A stretch of 55,916 nucleotides of DNA from contig CAYOZM010000001.1 in NCBI GenBank assembly GCA_964408475.1, positions 1 to 55,916 of the forward strand, read 5' to 3'. This document shows, piece after piece, positions 26,843-34,902 of this stretch; positions within the stretch are counted from its first letter, which is position 1; each line of letters begins with the position of its first letter. Source of the stretch: an uncultured Candidatus Bathyarchaeia archaeon. Its GTDB lineage: Archaea > Thermoproteota > Bathyarchaeia > 40CM-2-53-6 > CAYOZM01. The notes beneath the pieces were generated by a model. That model made no database searches. It was given only the letters and a program-made list of their open reading frames with translations, and had not been told where the DNA came from. A program made the position numbers and the translations under genes.

Positions 26843-27769
26843 CTAGATATTGAGTTTGAGAGTCTCCTTCAATCCCTTGTACCGGTTTCTAACAGTAACC
26901 TCAGTGACATTCGCCACTTCAGCGATTTCTTTCTGGGTTTTCTTCTCTCCTTCGAGTACGCAAGCGACATATAGGGCCGCTGCAGCCAGCCCCATGGGGT
27001 CCTTTCCTGCGACTATGCCCTTCTTTCGTACCTCCTTAAGGATCTTGATCCCTCTTCTCTGCGTTTGCATTGTTATACCTACCTTCGTTGCTATCTTCGA
27101 GACGCACCTAACCGGATCCTCAACCGGCATCCGCATATCAAGTTCACGCAGAAGCAGCCTGTAACACCTTGCCACATCCTTCTTCCTGATTCTGCTGGCT
27201 GCCGCTACTTCTTTCAATGTTCGAGGGGTCTCAGATGATCTGCAAGCTGCGTATAGAGAGGCCGCTGCTATCGCGACTATTGATCTTCCTCTCACGAGCC
27301 CGCTATCCAGTGCTTTACGATAGATTATCGCAGCTCTCTCCTTTACAGGCGCAGGAATATGGAGTCTATCGGTCAGTCGATCTAGCTCTGCCATGGCTTG
27401 AGCCAGGTTTCTGTCTACTGAGGAGTGAACTCTAGTTCTGATCTGCCACTTTCTAAGCCTCAGCATCTCAAGCCTTGTAGCCAGAGGAAGCTGTCTTCCG
27501 TAAGCATCTCGATTCACGCGATCTATGACTGTTGAAAGACCTTTGTCATGAATTGAATATGAAATAGGGATACCGACCCGACCTCTCTCTTCCTTCTCCT
27601 CCTTCGTGAACGCTCTCCATTCCGGTCCACGGTTCATCGCGTGCTCGCTCAAGACGAGCCCGCAATCTTGGCAGATGATCTCGCCTAGATCGTAATCCTC
27701 AACGAGGTTGTCACTGCCACACTCGGGGCAGTTTGTGACTCTTTCAGACCTCTTTCCCGATGACGCCAT
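26843..27769 (-). CDS. tfb: Transcription initiation factor IIB (TFB)
   Basis: N-terminal zinc ribbon CPECGS...CQDCGLV, B-finger/linker, two cyclin-fold repeats, and a C-terminal HTH (IAEVANVTEVTVRNRYK). Confidence 0.95.
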   Translation of the reverse strand: MASSGKRSERVTNCPECGSDNLVEDYDLGEIICQDCGLVLSEHAMNRGPEWRAFTKEEKEERGRVGIPISYSIHDKGLSTVIDRVNRDAYGRQLPLATRLEMLRLRKWQIRTRVHSSVDRNLAQAMAELDRLTDRLHIPAPVKERAAIIYRKALDSGLVRGRSIVAIAAASLYAACRSSETPRTLKEVAAASRIRKKDVARCYRLLLRELDMRMPVEDPVRCVSKIATKVGITMQTQRRGIKILKEVRKKGIVAGKDPMGLAAAALYVACVLEGEKKTQKEIAEVANVTEVTVRNRYKGLKETLKLNI

Positions 27770-28046
27770 TTTCTTATCCTCTACTCAATGGAGCAATCTA
27801 AGCCATCATCAAACGACAAATCATCCGAAACCCAGGAGAATCGGAGTCCGTTCGTCTGGCCCAGAGCCAAATCAACGTGGCTCCTTGACTATTTAAGCCT
27901 TTCGGTCGGCATTGAAGCGCAAAGAACTGCCTGCGATCTGCCCTTTCAACTGCATCGATTAAATGATCGGCGGAAACAGCGTAAACTCTTAAAGTCCCTA
28001 ATATCATCACTTAATGGGTTTGGAACGAACCGACACCAAACCACGT

Positions 28047-28178
28047 AGCCCGGTCGTCTAGCGGTCAAAGTGGGCTGAGACACGATCAAGGATAGCGGGC
28101 TCTGGATCCTCCACCGAAGGGAGAAGATACCCGCCGACGGGAGTTCGAACGATCCTTCCGAAAATCTCCCCCGGGCTA
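28047..28178 (+). tRNA. tRNA-Gln (anticodon CUG) with three introns
   Basis: Exons 28047-28068, 28090-28105, 28129-28149 and 28165-28178 join to a 73-nt cloverleaf: AGCCCGG-TC-GTCT-AGCGGTCAA-GGAT-A-GCGGG-CTCTGGA-CCCGC-CGAC-GGGAG-TTCGAAT-CTCCC-CCGGGCT-A. It shows 7/7 acceptor pairs with A1:U72, U8, A14, G18G19, U33, G53 T54 T55 C56, A58 and C61. No CCA is encoded. Confidence 0.85.
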
Positions 28179-28194
28179 CTACAAAGACCGCGGT

Positions 28195-28593
28195 CTAACG
28201 CTTTCTTACCGTGACAGTTCCTGATGCAGAATCCACAATTACGTAGTCGCCATTTGCAATAGCCTTGATCGGATCGGCTTCCAATCTATCAACTAAAGGA
28301 ATACCGGCAAGTACGCATCCGGCCGCGATTATGGGCTCTGTCTCCCTATTTATGATTGCAGCTGGAGCCACTCCGTTCTTCGCCATCGAATAGATCGTAT
28401 AGGACCCAACAGTGCTACCTTTCCCCATCGGAAAAACCAAAATCTTCCGCCTCAACCATTTTCCCTCAAGATCATGGTTCTTCTCGACTACCTTTCCTGT
28501 CGTCGGATCCACGCCGCCAAGAAAGGACAATGGCAGGCTTGTGACGAGTGCCTTTGCAGCAGCTCTCCCGGGAACTAGGAATCGTCCCTTCAT
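28195..28593 (-). CDS. Aconitase X swivel-domain protein (DUF126): phosphomevalonate dehydratase small subunit
   Basis: The DUF126 pattern LSFLGGVDPTTGKV...GKILVFPMGKGSTVGS. ATG at 28593 lies 7 nt after the large-subunit stop. The ORF track extends to TTG 28614. Confidence 0.8.
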   Translation of the reverse strand: MKGRFLVPGRAAAKALVTSLPLSFLGGVDPTTGKVVEKNHDLEGKWLRRKILVFPMGKGSTVGSYTIYSMAKNGVAPAAIINRETEPIIAAGCVLAGIPLVDRLEADPIKAIANGDYVIVDSASGTVTVRKR

Positions 28594-28600
28594 TCTAATT

Positions 28601-29800
28601 TCATTCGACTGCAAATCTCACGCACTCTCCAAACGGCTTCAGAGCCACTTGGACTTTGGACAGGGAAGGAAGATAGTGCGCCGCCTTGCAGGAATTCGTT
28701 AGAATCTGCTCAACGCCCATCTTTTCAAGTGGGGACACCACCATACAAGTGTCTCTAACAATCATACCCCCAGCCCTTACAATAGGAGATATGTACCCGC
28801 GCTTGTCAGCCTCCTCGTAAGTCTTCCTAGAAGTGAAGCACCAAAGCTTTCTCTTAAGCCGTTTTCCACTCACAAGTTTCGCTACCATGCCAAGTTCTTC
28901 TAGACTGCAATGTGGACAGCCTAGACAGACATGTCTTGGTCTTTCGGCAGACGTCAGCTCTTCCTTAACTGACTGTAACTCAGAATTGTTTAACGAAATT
29001 CTTTCGAGAGAATGAAGGTCGCGCTTCCTCACACTAAGACTCTCGGGTGTTGTCCCATCAATATGATAAAGCGCAATCGCTCCTGATGTCGCCATACTAG
29101 CGCCGAGACTTTTCAAGTGGTCTAATTTTCCTTTCGCGTTGATTCCTGTGATGAAAGGCACACAATAACCAAGTCTTCGCCCAAGAGAGTATCCAAGCAG
29201 ACTGAAGTCAAGGTCGCTCTGCAGTTCGCTCTGAACTTTGACCACGTGCGTTGGTCTTCTATTCTCATCAAGGTGAAGCCCATAAAGTGGGGTTCTGCCC
29301 GTTATGGAACTCGCAAGAGCAGTTGGACCTCCTTCCCTATTGGTCCTAGCCCCTAGAACGGAATTCGCGAAAGATATTGCCGATGATTCAGCCCATGCGA
29401 CACTTTCGCCAAACCTAGGTCTATTGCCTACAAAATAGGGGATGCAAGTGCAGGTAGCATACATTCTCATCATGTTGAACACTGAAATGATTCTCAGCTG
29501 TTTACGGGCGAAATCTCGCGGTATTCCCATTCGACGCCATTCTGTCAAGTCCGTTCCAGCAGGGTTGAGCGTTGTCTTTACCATCGCTTCAGCACCTTTC
29601 CTGCACAAATCTTCAAGGAACTCTAACCCGGCCTCGCCGATAGTCTTATACGATACTCCCGACACGTGCACGCTCCTTACTCGGATCATTCTTTCCGCGT
29701 TAAAGATACCGCCGACCGCGACAAGCAGTTTCATCGCTAAGGCTTTCGCTTCGCCGCGTTCCCCTTCGAGCATTGTTTCCTCTTGTCCTGTCAAGAACAA
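28601..29800 (-). CDS. Aconitase X catalytic-domain protein (DUF521): phosphomevalonate dehydratase large subunit
   Basis: N-terminus FLTGQEETMLEGERGE, conserved cysteines (TCIPY, CLGCPHCS) and ~400 aa length typical of DUF521/AcnX. TTG start. Confidence 0.85.
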   Translation of the reverse strand: MFLTGQEETMLEGERGEAKALAMKLLVAVGGIFNAERMIRVRSVHVSGVSYKTIGEAGLEFLEDLCRKGAEAMVKTTLNPAGTDLTEWRRMGIPRDFARKQLRIISVFNMMRMYATCTCIPYFVGNRPRFGESVAWAESSAISFANSVLGARTNREGGPTALASSITGRTPLYGLHLDENRRPTHVVKVQSELQSDLDFSLLGYSLGRRLGYCVPFITGINAKGKLDHLKSLGASMATSGAIALYHIDGTTPESLSVRKRDLHSLERISLNNSELQSVKEELTSAERPRHVCLGCPHCSLEELGMVAKLVSGKRLKRKLWCFTSRKTYEEADKRGYISPIVRAGGMIVRDTCMVVSPLEKMGVEQILTNSCKAAHYLPSLSKVQVALKPFGECVRFAVE

Positions 29801-29825
29801 GCCGATTCAGCCACGACAGTTGCGC

Positions 29826-31136
29826 CTAGTCGCTACTAGGTATAGTAGCCTTCAAAAACTTCTCTTTCGGTTTCAGAAGGCTTCTAGTGGCGTCTACGCC
29901 TACCTTGGTCGTAAGCGCAAGTTCTTGATTCGAGGACGGGTCGAGTGTGGAGCCTCGAGCGTTGGGTATGACGATCAAGTCCTTGTCACCTTGAAATCTT
30001 GTGGCGATTGCCCACTCGACCTCCTGCAGCTTGTCTATGTCTATATCGGTGTCCACTACGACTGCGTGTTTCAGCGAAGGATGGGAAGCAAAGGCAGCCA
30101 GCAAAGCGTTCTTGCCGTCACCTTCGGTCTGCTTCTCTATAGAGATAATGGCGTGAAGCCAACAACATCCGCCGGGCGTAAGCCTTACCCCTTTTACACT
30201 TGGAACGACGGCTCTGACCCCATCGAGGATCTTTGACTCGAAGGGAAGACCCATTAATAACCGATGCTCGGCTCCTCCGGGCAAGAGCGCTTGGTAAACA
30301 TAGTCTTTGCGGTGCATGATGCCAACGACTTGGACAAGAGGCTGTTTTCTAACGATATCGTACGTGCCGGTGATGTCTACAAGGGGCCCTTCAGAGACTT
30401 GTTTTCCTAGAAGTATCTTGCCTTCAAGGACGAGTTCAGCATCGCTAGGAACGCAAGCGTCCACATGCTCGCAAGTTGTGAGTTCTAGACCTTCGTGCAT
30501 AAGGGCGCTTGCGAGTTTGTACTCACTTACCCCGAAAGGAAGGGGCGATGATGCGGCCAACGTAACCGCGGGGTGTATCCCTATCGCTATTCCTATGTCA
30601 AGGCTCTTACTTCCTTGCTCTTGAGCCATCTGGCACAAGCGGTATAGATGGCGTGGAACGATCCTGATAGATAGATGATCCCGGTCAACTACCATCATCC
30701 TGTGAATGGACACGTTCTCGACCCTGTCGTCAAGGCTCTTTGCTGAAACTATTCCTGATGTTATGTACGCGCCTCCGTCTTTCTCATAATGTCGAAGGAT
30801 CGGTATTTGATCAAGTCTCGGCTTTTCTTGAACTTCCTTCACAGGGCCGTCACTAGAAACCTTGGGGTTCGACGGATTTCTCATCGAATTTATAAGAAGA
30901 TCTAAAATCTCATTTTCTACAGCTCCCAGTGCCATAGAAATTCTCTTCCTCGAACCACATATCCCTGAAACCAGTCTGTTGCGATGGCCCCGAACCCTCT
31001 CAAATAAGAGCGCGGGACCAGTATCATGCTTTTTCATAAGAAAAGCCGCTTCGTATCTCGTCGAAACAGGATTTTTTATCTCAAGAAGTTCGTTGTTCCT
31101 TCTCAGTTCTTCGAGAAACCATCTAAGATCACTCAT
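29826..31136 (-). CDS. UbiD-family decarboxylase (anhydromevalonate phosphate decarboxylase candidate)
   Basis: The UbiD N-terminus MSDLRWFLEELRRNNELLEI, full UbiD length, and operon context with AcnX and UbiX. ATG at 31136 follows GGTGA. The ORF track extends to 31196 and would then overlap ubiX. Confidence 0.85.
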   Translation of the reverse strand: MSDLRWFLEELRRNNELLEIKNPVSTRYEAAFLMKKHDTGPALLFERVRGHRNRLVSGICGSRKRISMALGAVENEILDLLINSMRNPSNPKVSSDGPVKEVQEKPRLDQIPILRHYEKDGGAYITSGIVSAKSLDDRVENVSIHRMMVVDRDHLSIRIVPRHLYRLCQMAQEQGSKSLDIGIAIGIHPAVTLAASSPLPFGVSEYKLASALMHEGLELTTCEHVDACVPSDAELVLEGKILLGKQVSEGPLVDITGTYDIVRKQPLVQVVGIMHRKDYVYQALLPGGAEHRLLMGLPFESKILDGVRAVVPSVKGVRLTPGGCCWLHAIISIEKQTEGDGKNALLAAFASHPSLKHAVVVDTDIDIDKLQEVEWAIATRFQGDKDLIVIPNARGSTLDPSSNQELALTTKVGVDATRSLLKPKEKFLKATIPSSD

Positions 31137-31164
31137 GGCGTTCACCAAAACCCTCATGGGAGTC

Positions 31165-31740
31165 TCATTTGCCAGCCAATCCCTTCCACGGCTCATACAG
31201 TTCTTCTTGAAGACCTATATGCGTCGCTATTTTTTCGACAATGAAGTCTACTAGGTCTTCGATGCTCTTGGGTCTGTGATAGAATCCGGGACATGCAGGA
31301 GCTATCAGAACCCCCAATTTCGAGAGCCAAAGCATGTTCCTCAGGTGGACGGCGTTCAAAGGAGTTTCTCGGGGCACCAATACAACCTTCCTCCTTTCCT
31401 TTAGCGCTACATCTACCACACGAAGCAGAAGGTTGTTGGAGTATCCCTGAGCTATAGCTGCTAGGGAGCCCATGGAACAGGGGACGACAGCCACTGCATC
31501 GAATCTCTGTGATCCGCTAGAGATGGGGGCAGCCAGGTCGTCGATCTCATAGTGCTCACTCGCAAGTTCAAACAGATCACCCTTGCTTAAGCCCAATTCG
31601 TGTCTTATGATCGTCTCGGCTGGTCTCGATACAATAACGCAAGTCTCTACATTCTTCCTCGAAAGAAGCTTCAAGAGATTCAAAGCGTAGATAGCGCCAC
31701 TCGCTCCAGTTACGCCAACAACGACTTTCATATCTTTCAC
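31165..31740 (-). CDS. ubiX: Flavin prenyltransferase UbiX
   Basis: VVGVTGASGAIYA N-terminus, VVPCSMGSLAAIAQGYS and LVPRETPL motifs. 191 aa. Confidence 0.9.
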   Translation of the reverse strand: MKDMKVVVGVTGASGAIYALNLLKLLSRKNVETCVIVSRPAETIIRHELGLSKGDLFELASEHYEIDDLAAPISSGSQRFDAVAVVPCSMGSLAAIAQGYSNNLLLRVVDVALKERRKVVLVPRETPLNAVHLRNMLWLSKLGVLIAPACPGFYHRPKSIEDLVDFIVEKIATHIGLQEELYEPWKGLAGK

Positions 31741-32173
31741 TTACGAGGACTGCTTTCTTCTCGACTCTCCTGAATATGTATGAAAGATATCGTTCTTCTT
31801 TGAATAAAGAATTACCGAAAATCCCATGAAGACCGAGATGAAACCGCGTCCTGAAAAAACCGGGGCGTTCCGCGCGTTTACAGTGCCTGCCCCCTACGTT
31901 CAGACAATTAATCATCCAAGAAATTGGAGAAATCATACGTCCCTGGGCATCTGTAATCAAACGTTTACCTTGTATCGAAGCAGGGCGTTAGCGGCCGCCT
32001 TAGAAACGCGAGAACGGTGAAAACTCAATCCTATTTATTTGCCAATTCCTCGCTTAACTTCGTCTTATTCGGGATCTTGATAGACCCGAAAGTATCTCTA
32101 GAGAAGCGTTAAGTACGAAGCAACATACTTCATCTGGAAAGTCCTCAACGCGTGATGAGCGAAGCGGCGCCAA

Positions 32174-32710
32174 ATGAGTCAAACAAGTTCGAGAGCGTCC
32201 CAAAAAAATACCTCGGTCTCGATGAAGAGACCCAAGAAATTTCGAGTCGTCGCAGTTGGAGGAACTTTTGATCTGGTTCACAAAGGTCATAGGAAGCTCC
32301 TGGACACCGCTTTCGAAATTGGAGAGACAGTTATGATCGGCGTCACTAGCGATCGATTTGTCAAGAAACTCCACAAGCCTCACAAGGTTGACAATTATGA
32401 GATACGGGAGAGGGAGTTGAAGAAGCTTCTTAGGCGAAGGAATTGGCTAAACAGGAGCATTATTGTCAAGTTAGAAGACCCTTACGGCCCAGCAATAGAA
32501 GAGAACAAGATTGACGCACTAGTCGTTAGCCATAGGACGGTGCCGACTGCACAACTCATTAATCGTATGAGACGTCGAAAAAGCCTTAGACCGCTTAACA
32601 TCGTTCCAATCACGCTAGTGCCAGCTCAGGATTCTCGACCGATATCGACCACAAGAATCCGCAGGGGCCGAATAAATAAAGAGGGACGTGTACTCTTTAC
32701 GCTAACTTGA
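32174..32710 (+). CDS. coaD: Phosphopantetheine adenylyltransferase, archaeal type
   Basis: The cytidylyltransferase fold VAVGGTFDLVHKGHRKLL and IGVTSD. The alternative ATG at 32222 gives MKRPKKFRVVAVGG. Confidence 0.8.
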   Translation: MSQTSSRASQKNTSVSMKRPKKFRVVAVGGTFDLVHKGHRKLLDTAFEIGETVMIGVTSDRFVKKLHKPHKVDNYEIRERELKKLLRRRNWLNRSIIVKLEDPYGPAIEENKIDALVVSHRTVPTAQLINRMRRRKSLRPLNIVPITLVPAQDSRPISTTRIRRGRINKEGRVLFTLT

Positions 32711-32846
32711 ACACAGACAGTTGATGAGTGCGGGGCTCCAATTTTTTGGAAGGTCCTGCAACCCTCCAATTTATCGTACCTTCTTCGGGACAAATTTAGG
32801 AATAGCACGGAGACGAATGTGGCCACGGAATCGAATAGTGCAACTA

Positions 32847-32866
32847 ATTCTGAAACGTTTAAGAAT
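32847..32866. promoter_or_regulatory. Near-palindromic operator-like site ATTCTGAAACGTTTAAGAAT
   Basis: A 20-bp dyad with two symmetric mismatches. It shares the CTGAAACGTTT core with the site at 32975-32993. Confidence 0.4.
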
Positions 32867-32931
32867 TCAGCCGTCGCGAGATAAGTTTCGTGCGAGATCA
32901 TGATGATTTGACGCACATTCGGCTGAATTCT
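32862..32931. repeat. 12-bp perfect inverted repeat AGAATTCAGCCG / CGGCTGAATTCT with a 46-nt spacer
   Basis: Arms at 32862-32873 and 32920-32931. The left arm overlaps the first operator-like dyad. Confidence 0.6.
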
Positions 32932-32974
32932 GATACCTTGCAGAGTAAGCTTTAACCGCTCAAAAAGGGAATAA

Positions 32975-32993
32975 ACCTGAAACGTTTCAGAAT
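32975..32993. promoter_or_regulatory. Operator-like site with perfect 14-bp palindrome CTGAAACGTTTCAG
   Basis: The palindrome core is 32977-32990. It ends 16 nt before the ATG at 33006 and abuts the AGAGG ribosome-binding site. Confidence 0.45.
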
Positions 32994-33005
32994 AGAGGTC
33001 TGCAG

Positions 33006-33443
33006 ATGCAACGCGCGAGAATTGGAAGGATACCGGCCGAAGATTACTACGACGAACGACAAAGACGTTGGGTCTGGCTCTTCCCTCGAATCGACAGAAA
33101 GATGAGCGCAGATCAGATCGTTGACCTCGATACCTTTTGCCAAATAATCTTTCCTCATAGTGTCAAGAGGCAGGGCGTTGCCAAAGCAATCATAGAAGCG
33201 TTTGTTGAGAATAAGAAACCCATGTACCTAAGAGAACTCCAATACAAAATTCTGGAGCGAATAAAAGTCAGCACTCAGACGTTGAGCGATACCTACAAGG
33301 CGATGCTCAAGAGCGGAATGCTCGAGAAGAAATACCGGAATGACCCGACATACGTTAGTCGCCAGTTCAGCAATCGACTGAGAGATTTGGCTCAATACTG
33401 GGACAACTATCTGGTCGCAAAGAAACTCGTTCCAAGCCAGTAA
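33006..33443 (+). CDS. Hypothetical protein, possible winged-helix DNA-binding regulator
   Basis: The segment MYLRELQYKILERIKVSTQTLSDTYKAMLKSGMLEK looks like HTH plus wing. Palindromic sites lie immediately upstream. Confidence 0.45.
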   Translation: MQRARIGRIPAEDYYDERQRRWVWLFPRIDRKMSADQIVDLDTFCQIIFPHSVKRQGVAKAIIEAFVENKKPMYLRELQYKILERIKVSTQTLSDTYKAMLKSGMLEKKYRNDPTYVSRQFSNRLRDLAQYWDNYLVAKKLVPSQ

Positions 33444-33692
33444 AACATTGAACGACACGGCAAAGATGCGACATCGACCTGGCCCTTTCACCCCAAAATT
33501 CACCTTTCGTTGACGAGCCTGCGCTTCTAAGGTCGCCAAGAAACGTGGAGAAAGACATTCGAAAAGGATAAGAATCCAAGGATAAACTGGATAGGGACCG
33601 CTGAGGTTTCTATCAATTGAACTGGAGTTTGCGGTTTCGATTTCTTAGAACATCTCTGATAGTTCCAATTTTTCGAACAGCGCGGTTTCGAG

Positions 33693-34136
33693 CTAAGTTG
33701 CATATCGTGTATCTGGTTTAGTTTGGTCAGGTCCTGGAGGAGTGGGCAAGGGAGGGAGGGGCGGGGGTACTCCTATCGTGCGCGATAGAATTATTGACTC
33801 AGCCATTGCGGCATTGGAGATTGTTTGAACGATTATCATCGGAATCGGCTTCTGTTGCTTATGTTCTTCAAGCACTCTGCCAACTTCATCCTTCTCTCCC
33901 GTGATCTGAGCTCTCCCCCTTAAGTTAATCTGGGCGATCGAAGGAGTAAACGCAACCGCAAACACGAACGGCGCTTCTAATATCGAGTCAGACCTCCTCT
34001 CAAGGTCAAGGATGTTGATGTTCACCGCTATCTGGACTTGGGCCGGTAGCGGTCTGTCCACCTCCCATAGCCGCTCTGCGGAAAGCTGAGTAATGAAGAC
34101 ATTGACTCGTAGCAAACTCCAATACCCCTCATTCAA
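33693..34136 (-). CDS. Hypothetical protein with Pro-rich C-terminal tail (weak SecB-like pattern)
   Basis: A 147-aa ORF with tail PPPLPPLPTPPGPDQ. The resemblance to the SecB-like fold is only a by-eye impression. Confidence 0.4.
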   Translation of the reverse strand: MNEGYWSLLRVNVFITQLSAERLWEVDRPLPAQVQIAVNINILDLERRSDSILEAPFVFAVAFTPSIAQINLRGRAQITGEKDEVGRVLEEHKQQKPIPMIIVQTISNAAMAESIILSRTIGVPPPLPPLPTPPGPDQTKPDTRYAT

Positions 34137-34257
34137 CTTAGAGGTCTCTAGTCTTAAGGGTTGTCTACTACGCTATTCTTCCATGTCTTCAAGCCTGAAG
34201 AGTTCCGGGATCGCTATATGGCGTTCCTTTTGATGCGGCTCCATTTGGTACAGTTTT

Positions 34258-34509
34258 CTACGCATTTGGATCCTCCTCTTCAATTTTGGTCGGTTCCCAA
34301 AGGGAGTGCGCGCGTCTGGGCGAAATCCTCTGAATAACCAGTCGTCTCCCGACGATCTTAACTAGAAGAAGATTGCCTTCTTTGAACGGAAAGAGTGAGT
34401 CCTCAGTCAACTTCGTTGACAAGTATATCCTGGGCGACCTATAGAAGGCTCCCTGCTTCCTAGCGGGCTTCTTGGTTACGGTAAACTTCGTCACTATTTG
34501 GGAGACCAT
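34258..34509 (-). CDS. Small hypothetical protein (possible AbrB/SpoVT-like fold)
   Basis: 83 aa. RIYLSTKLTEDSLFPFKEGNLLLVKIVGRRLVIQRI resembles a swapped-hairpin beta-barrel pattern. Weak. Confidence 0.3.
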   Translation of the reverse strand: MVSQIVTKFTVTKKPARKQGAFYRSPRIYLSTKLTEDSLFPFKEGNLLLVKIVGRRLVIQRISPRRAHSLWEPTKIEEEDPNA

Positions 34510-34902
34510 TTACTTTACCACATGGAACACCGAATAGGTTGGCAAAAAATTATAAAATATTTATGATAAACGGAGTAGCAATTGCTAATCATTTCGAGCC
34601 GACATTTTGATAGTTCCATGCCTTAACGACTTAGACGGCCAAGACGACCGTAGCTGAAACAGGTCGACGCGGAAGATCTCTTTGAGCGATTTTTCACAAA
34701 CGTTTCTACCATGAGTAATTGTTACGGTTTTTTGGAGGACCGCACTTCGGTTTGAGCAATGTTGGACACGGAGAACTTAGCATTGCTGCCAGAAGACTAT
34801 AGATAGGTTTTCATATAAGCGCGGTGGCATAGTTTTGCCAATGTTAGGAGGAAAAGAATTCTGTTAAATGAGATTAGATGGCATGGAAGAGCAGGACAAG
34901 GG

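Noticed and set aside
29442-30236. 264-aa plus-strand ORF
   Set aside because: It is antisense to the AcnX large subunit and UbiD genes, which have clear family motifs.
32133-32141. GGAAAGTCC, identical to the RNase P RNA CR-I/P4 core, preceded by a small hairpin
   Set aside because: An RNase P RNA would have to extend over 150 nt downstream through the conserved PPAT coding sequence on the same strand. No CR-IV/CR-V partner was found. A single 9-mer hit is compatible with chance.
32900-32933. C/D-box sRNA-like ATGATGA ... CTGA ... CTGA
   Set aside because: The span is only 34 nt, which is too short for C, D', C' and D boxes with two 10-12-nt guides. It has no terminal stem. It is better explained as part of the inverted repeat/operator region.
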